Origin: an uncultured Alphaproteobacteria bacterium
GTDB taxonomy: Bacteria > Pseudomonadota > Alphaproteobacteria > UBA8366 > GCA-2717185
Assembly (NCBI GenBank): GCA_943788635.1
Contig: CALSRA010000003.1
Location: forward strand, 31,203-95,202
Direction: 5' to 3'
DNA: 64,000 nucleotides
Both the position numbers and the translations under genes were made by a program. Below the pieces are notes generated by a model that saw only the letters and a program-made list of their open reading frames with translations, was not told the origin of the DNA and made no database searches. This document shows positions 18,790 to 28,470 of this stretch, piece by piece. Each line of letters starts with the position of its first letter. Positions within the stretch are counted from its first letter, which is position 1.

Positions 18790-19330
18790 ATGAGCACGTC
18801 GACAGAATCCGGCCGGGCGGCGGAAACGCCGCCCGGTGCGGAAGCGGAAACGCTGACACCGGAAGAACGCGGCTGGGGGGGACTATGTCGTCCCCGCCGT
18901 GGTCTTCGTGTTCTGTGGCGTGGTGTCCGGGATTTCGCTGACCCTCGAGGAAGCGCTGCCGATCATGGTCGGCGATTCGATGCAGCCCCGGGTGTTCCCG
19001 ATTTTCCTGATGGCGCTGATCGCGGTGCTGAATGTCGCGCTGATCGTCCAGATACTGGGCAGACCGCTGCCACGGCGTCTCTGGGAGCCGCGCCAGACCT
19101 GGGTGAGTGCCCTGCTGCTGGGCGTGTTTTACCTGCTGACCGAAAATGTCGACATCATTCTGGCGCTGATCGCCGTGATGTTCACGCTCTGCCTGGTCTG
19201 GGGCGAGCGGCGGCTGTGGGTTGCGGCGCTGGTCGCGGTCGGTACGACGGTGGCGATTTTCTTTAGCTTCGATCTGTTGCTGGAAGTGCGCTTCCCGCGC
19301 GGGTTGTTTACTGACTGGTATTACGGGTAA
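18790..19330 (+). CDS. tctB: Tripartite tricarboxylate transporter small membrane subunit; probable frameshift near 18880
   Basis: Four TM helices, PRVFP and C-terminal LLEVRFPRG; lies between tctC and tctA. Confidence 0.8.
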
Positions 19331-19337
19331 CGACGTC

Positions 19338-20838
19338 ATGATCGAGCAAGCCGTCTCAGCCATGGCATCGGTGTTTACCGATCCCTATCTGCTGATGTTG
19401 ATTCTCGTCACCACGATTGGCGGCGTCATCATCGGCGCGCTGCCCGGGTTGGGCGCGACGACCGGCGCGGCGCTGCTGCTGCCGTTTACCCCTGACGATG
19501 GACCCCGTCGCGGCCATCACCGTGCTGACCACGATCTATGTCTCCGCGACGTTTGCCGGATCAATCACCGCCATTTTGATCAATACGCCCGGCACGGCGG
19601 CCGCCGCTGCCACATGCCTGGACGGGTTTCCGCTGGCCCAGCGCGGCGAGGCGGGACGCGCGCTCGGTATTGCCGTGGTCGCGAGCACCATTGGCGGCAT
19701 TTTTTCGGTCATCGTGCTGGCAATCGGCGCGCCGTTGCTGGCGCGGGTTGCCTATGAATTCCGGCCACCGGAATATTTCGCGCTGACGGTATTCGGGCTG
19801 TCCATGCTGGCCTCGATCAGCGAAGGCGGCTCGGTCAAGAATCTGATGGGCGGGTTGTTCGGCGTCTGGCTTGCCACAATCGGTGCCGATGCCACCACCG
19901 GCGTTGAACGTTTCATGTTTGGCAATTACGAACTCTATCAGGGGCTGAACTTCATCCCCGTGCTGGTCGGCATGTTCGCGCTGAGTGAGCTGCTGGTGCA
20001 GTCCACGCGGCTGAACCAGATCATGGAACAGATATCCATGAAGGCGGTCAAGCTGCCCTCCATGGCCGACTACAAGAAGATATGGAAAACCGTGCTGCGG
20101 TCCTGCGGTATCGGCACCTTCATCGGTATCCTGCCGGCGGAGGGCGCGACGGTTGCCTCCATGATCGGTTATTCCGAAGCCAAGCGCTGGTCGAAGACAC
20201 CGGAGGAATTCGGCAAGGGCGCGGTTGAAGGGGTCGCCGGCGCCGAAGCGGCCAACAATGCCGCAACCGGCGGCGCCATGGTGCCGACCATGGTATTGGG
20301 CATTCCCGGCAGCGGCACCACGGCGGTCATCCTGGTCGGGTTGCTGGTGCATGGTCTGCGCCCGGGGCCGCATCTGTTCACCGAACAGATCGACAAGGTG
20401 TATTCGATTTTCGGCGCCATGCTGGTCGCCAACATCATGTTCTTCGCGCTTGGCCTGTTCGCGGCGAAGCTGTTCGCGCGGGTCACGCTGGTGCCGAGCG
20501 GCATCCTGTGGCCCATCGTCTTCGCCTTCAGCGTGCTGGGCGCCTATTCGCTGGCCCAGTCGATGATCGACGTCTATATCGCGCTGGCCTTCGGGGTGAT
20601 CGGCTACCTGTTCCGGCGGTTCGGGTTCGCCATTGCGCCGGTCGCCATCGGGCTGATCCTGGGCGAGATGGTGGAAACCAATCTGCAGAATTCACTGAAA
20701 ATGTTCGACGGCCAGTGGTGGCAGATCCCGCTACAGCCGCTGGCGGCATTCTTCCTGATCCTGGCGGTGCTGGGAATTTCCCAGCCCTATATTTTCAGCG
20801 CGTTAAAGCGGCGCAAGGACAAGAAGCAGGGGTCGTAA
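19338..20838 (+). CDS. tctA: Tripartite tricarboxylate transporter large membrane subunit; frameshift at 19489-19492
   Basis: GALPGLG, ILINTPGT, EAANNA, LGIPGS and PGP motifs; one extra C joins the two frames. Confidence 0.92.
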
Positions 20839-20899
20839 GGCCTTGCTTTTTTCGGGATCGGCGGCACCAGGCGTATTTGCTGCCGCCGAACAACCGGGA

Positions 20900-21679
20900 T
20901 CAAGATGGGGTTGTTGATACCAGCCGCGCTTCCACCACACCGATATCGCCGAAATCGCCCACCAGTATGTCTCCTGGTGCGACACGGACCAGACCCGTGC
21001 AGGTTCCGGTCGACACGATATCGCCCGCGTCCAGCCCTTTGCTGGTGCGCTGGTTATTGGCGATCCAGTGGATAACGTTGACCGGATCGCCCAGCGCGTT
21101 TGCGCCGGTCCCACTGCTTTCCTGTGTGCCATTGCGGAGCAGGCCAACGGGCTGGGCCGGCAGGTCTAGGCTGCGCCAGTCGGTCACCACATCGCCTGTG
21201 ATCAGCGCGACATTGGCGCCGCCATCAGCGGTGACCAGCAACCGGCCCGCGCCGGACAAGCCATCGCTGAGCCGCGTGCCGACGATTTCCAGTGCCGGGG
21301 CAACGCCATCGATTGCGGCAGCAGCTTCGTCCCGGGTGTAGGGCGTATCGCGCGGGGGCAGGGGGGCGCCGAGCCGCAGGGCGAATTCGGCCTCGACCCA
21401 AAGGTCATGTGCCGCATGCACCGGCACGGGGTCGCCAGACTGGAAACGGAACTGCGCCGGCACACGGGCGGCGCCTGGTTCGGTCGTGCCCAGTTTCTTC
21501 TGGGCCTCGGCCGAAGTCGAACCGACCTTCCAGGCATCGGAGTCGGCGCCGATCATGGCCGCGACCGCGCGCTGCAGCGCGTAGGCGTCCTCGAGCGTGG
21601 CCGGGTGATCGGCAGGGTCGGTACTGATACTGATGCCCTCGATCCGGGCGGCGGCGAGGCGCGTGGCAATGCTGATCAT
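20900..21679 (-). CDS. 2-keto-4-pentenoate hydratase-like FAA hydrolase
   Basis: AYALQ, WKVGSTS, VEAEFA, PALEI, ALGDP and GDIVSTGT motifs. Confidence 0.88.
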   Translation of the reverse strand: MISIATRLAAARIEGISISTDPADHPATLEDAYALQRAVAAMIGADSDAWKVGSTSAEAQKKLGTTEPGAARVPAQFRFQSGDPVPVHAAHDLWVEAEFALRLGAPLPPRDTPYTRDEAAAAIDGVAPALEIVGTRLSDGLSGAGRLLVTADGGANVALITGDVVTDWRSLDLPAQPVGLLRNGTQESSGTGANALGDPVNVIHWIANNQRTSKGLDAGDIVSTGTCTGLVRVAPGDILVGDFGDIGVVEARLVSTTPS

Positions 21680-21890
21680 GTTCTGTCTCCCGGGATGGGT
21701 GGCGGTGCGAGTATATCCTGCCCGGGATTCGCGGTCCCGGGAAAATTCGCATTGGCGTGCGGTCGGTCATTGTCCCTTTCAATGGCCCGCTCGCCGTGCG
21801 TGCTCTTCACTACATAGGGGAGGGAATAGGAAAAAAGACATAATTCGATGCGGCGTCGTGATTATCGAAGCGGTAATATGCTAAGTTATT

Positions 21891-22010
21891 AATTGAAAAC
21901 GATTATTATTCCCTTAATTTCGATATTGCTGAAAAAATAAGCTCGATAAACTATTGTATTTGCGAGTGACTGGCAGTGTCATCGGCTGTAATTCCTAGAA
22001 ATATTTTTAA
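21891..22010 (+). promoter_or_regulatory. Candidate iron-regulatory boxes upstream of bfr
   Basis: Fur-like TGAAAACGATTATTA (21894-21908); 7-1-7 palindrome TGCGAGT-G-ACTGGCA (21961-21975); Irr/ICE-like CCTAGAA-ATA-TTTTTAA (21994-22010). Confidence 0.55.
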
Positions 22011-22069
22011 TCATATGCTATCATTTGTGTACTCGGAAATGAATGGCCGACGAGCAGAGGAGAAGAGCG

Positions 22070-22549
22070 ATGAAGGGTGATCCCAAGATTATTGCGCATT
22101 TGAATACGATTCTGAAAAACGAGCTGACGGCGATCAACCAGTACTTTCTGCATGCGAAGATGCTGAAGGACTGGGGCATTTCGGAGCTTGCCGAAGCCGT
22201 TAAGCACGAGTCGATTGACGAAATGAAGCACGCGGATGAATTGATGGAACGTACCCTGTTCCTTGAAGGGCTGCCCAATCTGCAGGATCTCGGCAAGCTG
22301 CGAATCGGCGAGAATATCGAGGAAATCCTGCGCTGCGACCTGGCGCTGGAAATGGATGCGCTGCCGGACCTGCGGGCGGCCATTGCCGATTGCGAACCGC
22401 TTGGCGATTACGTGACACGCGACATGCTGCGCAGCATCCTCGATTCAGAGGAAGAACATGTCGATTTTCTGGAAACCCAGTTCGATATGATCGCGCGCAT
22501 GGGCATCGAAAATTATGCCCAGCTCAACAGCGAGGCGGCAGAAAGCTAA
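22070..22549 (+). CDS. bfr: Bacterioferritin
   Basis: MKGD start, [21 protein letters not shown] (heme-ligand Met) and [11 protein letters not shown]. Confidence 0.97.
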   Translation: MKGDPKIIAHLNTILKNELTAINQYFLHAKMLKDWGISELAEAVKHESIDEMKHADELMERTLFLEGLPNLQDLGKLRIGENIEEILRCDLALEMDALPDLRAAIADCEPLGDYVTRDMLRSILDSEEEHVDFLETQFDMIARMGIENYAQLNSEAAES

Positions 22550-22558
22550 ACCTGCCGC

Positions 22559-23920
22559 TTATGAAGATACGTCGCGAGCGAGGTTGTCGAGTAACCGCAT
22601 GACCTCGGTGGAGGCTTCGCCCGCGATGCGAACCTTTTCGATCGCGCCGGGCAGGTCGTCCGCCTGGTAGCATTTGGCGGCCTCGATTCCGGCGGCATGC
22701 ACCTTTCGATGTGGTTCTTTCAGGCTGGCCCAGTTCGGGTGCTGGGTCAGTTTGGCATCGGTCTGACTGTCATACCATTTGCCGAGGCGGCAGGTATGGT
22801 GATCGGCAAGCTCACTGGGGTTCAGGGCGGCGCGCCCGGCAAGCATCTGTGAAAGCTTGCGCATCCAGATCATGTGATCCGACTTCGCCGCGTGAATGGT
22901 TGCATAGGGCAGGCCGCGGCTGGTCAAATCGTTGATGCTTTCGACGATGGGCCCTTCGGTCGCTTCCAGGATGTCGATGACATTTTCGACGCTTTCAACA
23001 TTCGCCGTACTCATGTCGGCGATTGTCGAAATACCATCTGAAATTTCCCTGTACGCACCATTTTGCCGGTCCAGTATTTGCGCTATTTCCTGCATTTTGG
23101 CATCGACTTCGCCAACGCGGGTACTGACCTCGCCCATTTCACGGGCCGATGCGGAAATGGTCTCGTTGCCTTCCTTGACGGCGGCCGTGCCTGCTTCCAT
23201 CGATGTGACGATCGTGGTCATCTCGCTTTGCAGGTTCGCGATCCTGTCGCGAATGTTTTCCGTCGCTTTGGCTGTCTGGCTGGCGAGGTTTTTCACTTCG
23301 CCCGCGACAACCGCGAAGCCCTTGCCGGCGTTACCGGCCCGGGCTGCCTCGATGGTCGCATTCAGGGCCAGCAGGTTTGTCTGGCTCGAAATTGCTTCGA
23401 TTTCGCCGATCATGTCGCCGATCTGCTCGGAGACCTCGGACAATCCGCTCACCTTCTGGGTGGCATCCTCGACGGCGCTCGCTATCTCGTCCATCGCCGC
23501 ACCGACGCGATCTGATGCAGACAGACTCTGGCGCGCCGCGTCGGAAACCCCTTTGACCTGGTCGGCCGCACTGCTGCTGTTTTCCGAAATATCGCGGGCA
23601 GCGGCGACAAGGTCGGTCACGGCATCCGAGATAGTCTGGGTGCGGCCATCGACTTCGCGGATGGAACGGATCATTTCAGCGACGCCTGTGACACCCTCGT
23701 TCGCCGTTACGGACATATCCACGGTTCGTCGCAGATTATCCAGTCCCTGTTGGGCAATCCGTTCGGCGAGGGCGACGAATTTGAGGGTCAGGGGATCGTG
23801 CCCCGATGGCATGTCGGCGCCATTGTCGGACAGGAGGATATCTAACCGCTGGTTGATGTCGTCCAGGTATTCACTGTCCATGCTGTCGCTGGACATCGTT
23901 GACATTGCGCCTTGCGCCAT
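22559..23920 (-). CDS. Soluble methyl-accepting chemotaxis protein with C-terminal CZB zinc-binding domain
   Basis: [17 protein letters not shown] signalling hairpin; [18 protein letters not shown] and PHRKVH CZB ligands; no TM segment. Confidence 0.92.
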   Translation of the reverse strand: MAQGAMSTMSSDSMDSEYLDDINQRLDILLSDNGADMPSGHDPLTLKFVALAERIAQQGLDNLRRTVDMSVTANEGVTGVAEMIRSIREVDGRTQTISDAVTDLVAAARDISENSSSAADQVKGVSDAARQSLSASDRVGAAMDEIASAVEDATQKVSGLSEVSEQIGDMIGEIEAISSQTNLLALNATIEAARAGNAGKGFAVVAGEVKNLASQTAKATENIRDRIANLQSEMTTIVTSMEAGTAAVKEGNETISASAREMGEVSTRVGEVDAKMQEIAQILDRQNGAYREISDGISTIADMSTANVESVENVIDILEATEGPIVESINDLTSRGLPYATIHAAKSDHMIWMRKLSQMLAGRAALNPSELADHHTCRLGKWYDSQTDAKLTQHPNWASLKEPHRKVHAAGIEAAKCYQADDLPGAIEKVRIAGEASTEVMRLLDNLARDVSS

Positions 23921-24201
23921 TTTCACCCGCTCCAAGAATTTGCCTTAACAAGCGGGAAAATCTAGCGGGCAGGTATTAATGGTAAGTTTATAGCCGTGGC
24001 GTGACGATTATTTTCCGCGATGGATCCCGAAGGTGGAAAATTATTCGGTGCCGGTTTCGCGCTTTACCGCGTTGGAAGCAGGCGCTGCGCCGCTTTGTGC
24101 CGTTTTCTCGGTTCTGTCGCGCTCATTCCGCTCGGCGAGGGCGGTTAGTGCCTTCAACAGAGTCTTGGGTTTCATCTGCGACCACTGGTTCATTGCGCGC
24201 C

Positions 24202-24399
24202 CTAAACGGTTTCGCGCAGGCGGGAATCAACGGGGGCCATGGGTTCGGTATCAATCATATCCTGGGCGAATTCCAGACATTTGCCACATTGCGGACCATT
24301 GCCAAGCTCGCTGTAGGCCTGCCGGGCGCAACGGATGCCCTGTCTGGCAAGTGCCTTGATATCCGCGTCCCGGTATCTGTTGCAAATACATACGTACAC
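24202..24399 (-). CDS. bfd: Bacterioferritin-associated ferredoxin
   Basis: MYVCICN...QCGKC four-Cys pattern; GTG start with GGAG RBS. Confidence 0.92.
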   Translation of the reverse strand: MYVCICNRYRDADIKALARQGIRCARQAYSELGNGPQCGKCLEFAQDMIDTEPMAPVDSRLRETV

Positions 24400-24439
24400 G
24401 ACATTTCTCCACATTGACGATGCACAGCTTGTTGCAAAC

Positions 24440-24458
24440 GATAATGATTGTCAATTGC
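24440..24458 (-). promoter_or_regulatory. Fur box overlapping the bfd -35 element
   Basis: GATAATGATTGTCAATTGC resembles the GATAATGATAATCATTATC consensus and contains minus-strand TTGACA at 24450-24455. Confidence 0.75.
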
Positions 24459-24546
24459 GAAATGTATTGCGGACCGGGCATCGCGCGCCGCGTTGTCGGT
24501 GTAGTATCAGCGGTGGGAAGCGAATATCCGTAGACGGAGGACCGGG

Positions 24547-25362
24547 ATGAGCATGCGCAAGGTTGGCAATACGGCGGTATCGGTTGACGGAACGGGGCCG
24601 GCGGTCGCCCTGGTGCATGGCATGGGTCTGAACCAGGACATGTGGCAGGGGATGCTGCCGGCGCTGGCCGCGCGTTTCGCGGTGATCCGGTATGACCTTC
24701 TGGGTCATGGGGAAAGCACGGCGCCACCGACGCCTTGTACGCTTGGTGATCTGGTCGCGCAGCTTGAAACGCTTCTGGCGGCGTTGGATATCGATCACGC
24801 GGCCATCGTCGGTTTTTCGCTGGGCGGTACGCTGGCGCAGGCATTCGCGGTCGATCACCCGGAACGAACCAGGGCCATCGCTGTCCTGAATTCGGCTTAC
24901 CGGCGCGATGTCGCGCAGCGTGACGCGATGCTCGAACGGCTGCGGCTTTCCGAAGCGGCGGGGCCGGCGGCAACAGTCGATGCGGCGCTGGAACGCTGGT
25001 TCACATCGGAGTTTGCCCAAGGGAGGCCCGACGTGCTCGATCAGGTGCGGCGCTGGATGCTGGCGAACGACCCGGCTGATTATGCGACGCTGTATCGGGT
25101 GCTGGCGGAAGGGTACGCAGCGCCGGTTGCGGATGGCCGCATCCTGGCTGACGCCATTGGCGATATTGCCTGCCCGGCACTAATTTTGACCGGCGAAGAG
25201 GACCGCAACAGCACGCCGGACATGACCCACGACATGGCCGCTGCCATCCCTGGCGCCACCGCAGCGGTTGTGCCCGGGTTACGGCATATGGGGCTGGCCG
25301 AACAACCGGATCGGTTTACCGATATTCTGATCCCGTTCCTGGACAGGGCGCTGGCCTCATGA
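24547..25362 (+). CDS. Alpha/beta hydrolase (3-oxoadipate enol-lactonase-like)
   Basis: LVHGMG, RYDLLGHGES, GFSLGG nucleophile elbow and ERWFT. Confidence 0.88.
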   Translation: MSMRKVGNTAVSVDGTGPAVALVHGMGLNQDMWQGMLPALAARFAVIRYDLLGHGESTAPPTPCTLGDLVAQLETLLAALDIDHAAIVGFSLGGTLAQAFAVDHPERTRAIAVLNSAYRRDVAQRDAMLERLRLSEAAGPAATVDAALERWFTSEFAQGRPDVLDQVRRWMLANDPADYATLYRVLAEGYAAPVADGRILADAIGDIACPALILTGEEDRNSTPDMTHDMAAAIPGATAAVVPGLRHMGLAEQPDRFTDILIPFLDRALAS

Positions 25363-26543
25363 CACCAGCGGCAAAGGGCGCAACGCCCGAATGGCAGTTC
25401 GCCGGCGCGGCGATATTCGACCATGGCTTCCGGCCGTTCTTTTTCGCTGCGGGGTTCTGGGGCGCGCTGTCGATGCTGCTGTGGCTGCCGGTTTTCGAAG
25501 GAACAATGGCGTTGCCGACGGCGTTCGACCCGGTTTCCTGGCATGTGCATGAAATGCTGTTCGGCTTCGTGGCGGCGGCGATTGCCGGTTTCCTGTTGAC
25601 CGCGATCCCGAACTGGACCGGGCGCAAGCCGCTGCAGGGCGCGCCGCTGATGATATTGTTCGCGATCTGGGTGCTCGGGCGGGGGGCGGTGGCGTTCTCT
25701 GACCTGATTGGCAGCGGTGTTGCGGCTGTTTGTGATCTGGCCTTTCTTGCGTCCCTGATCGCGTTTGTGCTGCGTGAAATTTTGGCCGGGCGGAACTGGC
25801 GCAACCTGCCGATACCGGTAGCGCTGTCGGGGCTGCTGGCGGCCAACGCCATGATCCATGCGGAAGTGACGGAACTGGCGATGCTGGGCGAATACGGCTG
25901 GCGGCTGGGCATCGCTGTCGTGACCATGCTGATCGGCCTTATTGGCGGACGGGTCGTCCCCGCCTTTACCCGCAACTGGCTCGCCAAACGCGGGGAGACC
26001 CGGTTGCCGGCGTCATTTGGTGTGATCGACGGGATCGCGCTGGCACTGGCGGCGGTCGGGCTGTGCGCCTGGGTCGTGGGGACCGATGCAGTCGTCAGCG
26101 GCGGGCTGTTGCTGGGGGGCGGCGTGGCGATGACAGTCCGGCTGGCGCGCTGGGGCGGGTATCGGACCCTGGCGGAGCCGCTGGTCTGGTCGCTGCATGC
26201 GGGGTTTGCCTGGGTGCCCATCGGTCTGCTGTTGTCCGGGGTGGCGTTGCTATGGCCGGCGATAGTGCCGTCATCGGCCGGGGTGCATGCGCTGACCGCC
26301 GGTGCCTTCGGATCGATGATCCTGGCCATGATGACGCGGGCCACACTTGGGCATAGCGGGCGGGACCTTGTCGCGGATGCAACGACGACAGCGATCTACG
26401 GGCTTATCGGGCTGGCCGCAATTCTGCGGGTCGCGGCGGCATTCTTGCCCGACATGGCAATACTGTGGGCCGCCGCCGCAGCCTGGGTCGCCGCCTTCGG
26501 CCTGTTCACACTGTCTTACGGGCGGTTATTGCTCACCCGCTAG
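25359..26543 (+). CDS. nnrS: NnrS family protein
   Basis: GFRPFF, WHVHEMLFGF, GFLLTAIPNWTG, GGRVVPAFT and RATLGHSGR motifs. Confidence 0.93.
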   Translation: MTPAAKGATPEWQFAGAAIFDHGFRPFFFAAGFWGALSMLLWLPVFEGTMALPTAFDPVSWHVHEMLFGFVAAAIAGFLLTAIPNWTGRKPLQGAPLMILFAIWVLGRGAVAFSDLIGSGVAAVCDLAFLASLIAFVLREILAGRNWRNLPIPVALSGLLAANAMIHAEVTELAMLGEYGWRLGIAVVTMLIGLIGGRVVPAFTRNWLAKRGETRLPASFGVIDGIALALAAVGLCAWVVGTDAVVSGGLLLGGGVAMTVRLARWGGYRTLAEPLVWSLHAGFAWVPIGLLLSGVALLWPAIVPSSAGVHALTAGAFGSMILAMMTRATLGHSGRDLVADATTTAIYGLIGLAAILRVAAAFLPDMAILWAAAAAWVAAFGLFTLSYGRLLLTR

Positions 26544-27283
26544 CTGGCGGTGGCGCCGCCGTCGACGATCAGTTCGGTTCCCGTGATGAAGGATGCTTCA
26601 TCCGATGCCAGGAAGACGATGGCGTTGGCGACTTCCTCCGGCTGCGCAAAACGGCCCAGCGGGATGCCGGCGAAGCGTTCGGCGCGGATTGCTTCGGGGA
26701 CGGCTTCGTAGCCCATGACGGTTTCGACCGGGCCGGGATGGACCGAATTGCAGCGGATGCCGTCCTTTGCATAGGTCATCGCAACGGATTTGCTCATCAG
26801 CCGCACCGCGCCTTTGGAGGCGCCGTAATGCGATGAGAGTGATGCGCGGATGCCGGCCGTGGAGGAGATATTGACAATGGAGCCGCCGCCGCTGTCGCGC
26901 ATCGCCGACAGCACCGATTTACAGCCCAGGAAGACGCCCTTGGCGTTTACATCCATGATCAGGTCCCATTCGGCTTCGCTGATCTCGTGCATCGGCTTGC
27001 GCTGATAGACGCCGGCATTGTTGACCAGAATATCGAGCCGCCCATGGGCATCGGTCAGCGCCTTGACGGCGGCATCCCAGTCGGCGGCTTTGGTGACATC
27101 GAGATTCAGGTAGGTGACCGATTGTCCGGCTGCGGTCAGTTCGGCGGCCAGTTTCTCACCGGCTTCCGCGGCGATGTCGCCCAGCCCCACATGGGCGCCT
27201 TCCGCGGCCAGCCGCCGGACCGTTGCTTCGCCGATTCCCCGGTGTCCGCCGGATACCAGCGCAACTTTTCCTTTGAGTGTCAT
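26540..27283 (-). CDS. Short-chain dehydrogenase/reductase
   Basis: GGHRGIG, NNAG, YGASK and NSVHPG motifs. Confidence 0.92.
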   Translation of the reverse strand: MTLKGKVALVSGGHRGIGEATVRRLAAEGAHVGLGDIAAEAGEKLAAELTAAGQSVTYLNLDVTKAADWDAAVKALTDAHGRLDILVNNAGVYQRKPMHEISEAEWDLIMDVNAKGVFLGCKSVLSAMRDSGGGSIVNISSTAGIRASLSSHYGASKGAVRLMSKSVAMTYAKDGIRCNSVHPGPVETVMGYEAVPEAIRAERFAGIPLGRFAQPEEVANAIVFLASDEASFITGTELIVDGGATAS

Positions 27284-27315
27284 GGTTATTCCTCCCCCGT
27301 AAAATTACTGGCCGG

Positions 27316-28293
27316 TCAGCGCAACCGGCCGACCGGATTGCCCTTGGCGCCCCTGTTCGCGGCGAGCAGGCAGATGATGTCATGCGCGATGGTGGCGGCC
27401 GCGATCGCTGTTATTTCCGATACGTCATAGGCCGGTGCGACCTCGACCACGTCCGCCCCCGCAATCGCCAGTCCCTCCAGCCCATGCAGTATCCCGAGCG
27501 CCTGGGCCGAGCTGAGCCCGCCCGCGACCGGCGTGCCCGTGCCCGGTGCGAAGGCGGGGTCCAGGCAATCAATATCGAAGGTCAGGTAGACCGTGCTGTC
27601 GCCGAGCCGTTCGCGGATCGCCGCGACCGTGGCGTCGATACCGTGCCGGTGAATCCAGGGTGCTGTGAGGATATCGAACCCGTGGTCGCTGTCATTATGA
27701 GTGCGAATGCCGACCTGACACGAGCTTGCGGGGTTGATCAGCCCTTCATTGGCGGCACGCAGGAACATCGAGCCGTGATCGAAGCGCTTGCCGTCATCCT
27801 CCCAGGTGTCGCAATGGGCATCGAAATGCAGCAATGAGACGGGGCCATGCTTTTTCGCGATGGCGCGCAGGATCGGATAGGTCACGAAATGGTCGCCGCC
27901 GAGGCTGAGCGGGATAGTGGTGGAGGCGAGGATCGTCGCAATATGGCTCTCGATGGCGTCAACGATGGTTTCCGGGTGATGCGGGTCCAGGAAGCAGTCG
28001 CCGTAATCCACGACTGACAGCGTGTCGAACGGATCGAATCCGAAGGGAAAGGCCTTCAGTTCCGCCAGTTGTACTGATGCTGCGCGGATCGCCCGCGGAC
28101 CCAGCCGCGCACCGGGCCGGCAGGTTACGGCGCCGTCATAGGGAATCCCGCTGACCGCGACATCGACGCCGGCAAGGTCACGCGAATACCGCCGGCGCAG
28201 GAAGCTCAGCGCGCCGCCATAGGTCATTTCCGGCCAGCGGCCCTGGTTTTCCGGTTTCAGGAAGGCCTGATCGCCCTGTTCGTCCGACGTCAT
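27316..28293 (-). CDS. speB: Agmatinase (ureohydrolase family)
   Basis: GGDH, DAHCD, DIDCLDPAFAPGTGTP and DVVEVAP motifs; divergent from speA. Confidence 0.9.
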   Translation of the reverse strand: MTSDEQGDQAFLKPENQGRWPEMTYGGALSFLRRRYSRDLAGVDVAVSGIPYDGAVTCRPGARLGPRAIRAASVQLAELKAFPFGFDPFDTLSVVDYGDCFLDPHHPETIVDAIESHIATILASTTIPLSLGGDHFVTYPILRAIAKKHGPVSLLHFDAHCDTWEDDGKRFDHGSMFLRAANEGLINPASSCQVGIRTHNDSDHGFDILTAPWIHRHGIDATVAAIRERLGDSTVYLTFDIDCLDPAFAPGTGTPVAGGLSSAQALGILHGLEGLAIAGADVVEVAPAYDVSEITAIAAATIAHDIICLLAANRGAKGNPVGRLR

Positions 28294-28470
28294 GGATTTC
28301 GTTCCGTAAGCGCGGGGCGTGGCTGCCCGCTACGGCATTGTCGATCAAAGCGAGGGGCGCTTCAACATGTCTCCTGCGAGAGGACGAAATTACTTGTTTT
28401 CCGCATGGATCGCGATATGTACAGCCCTGTTGGGGGGCCGCATCCGGCCGCCGGGAAAGAGAAAAAACTG

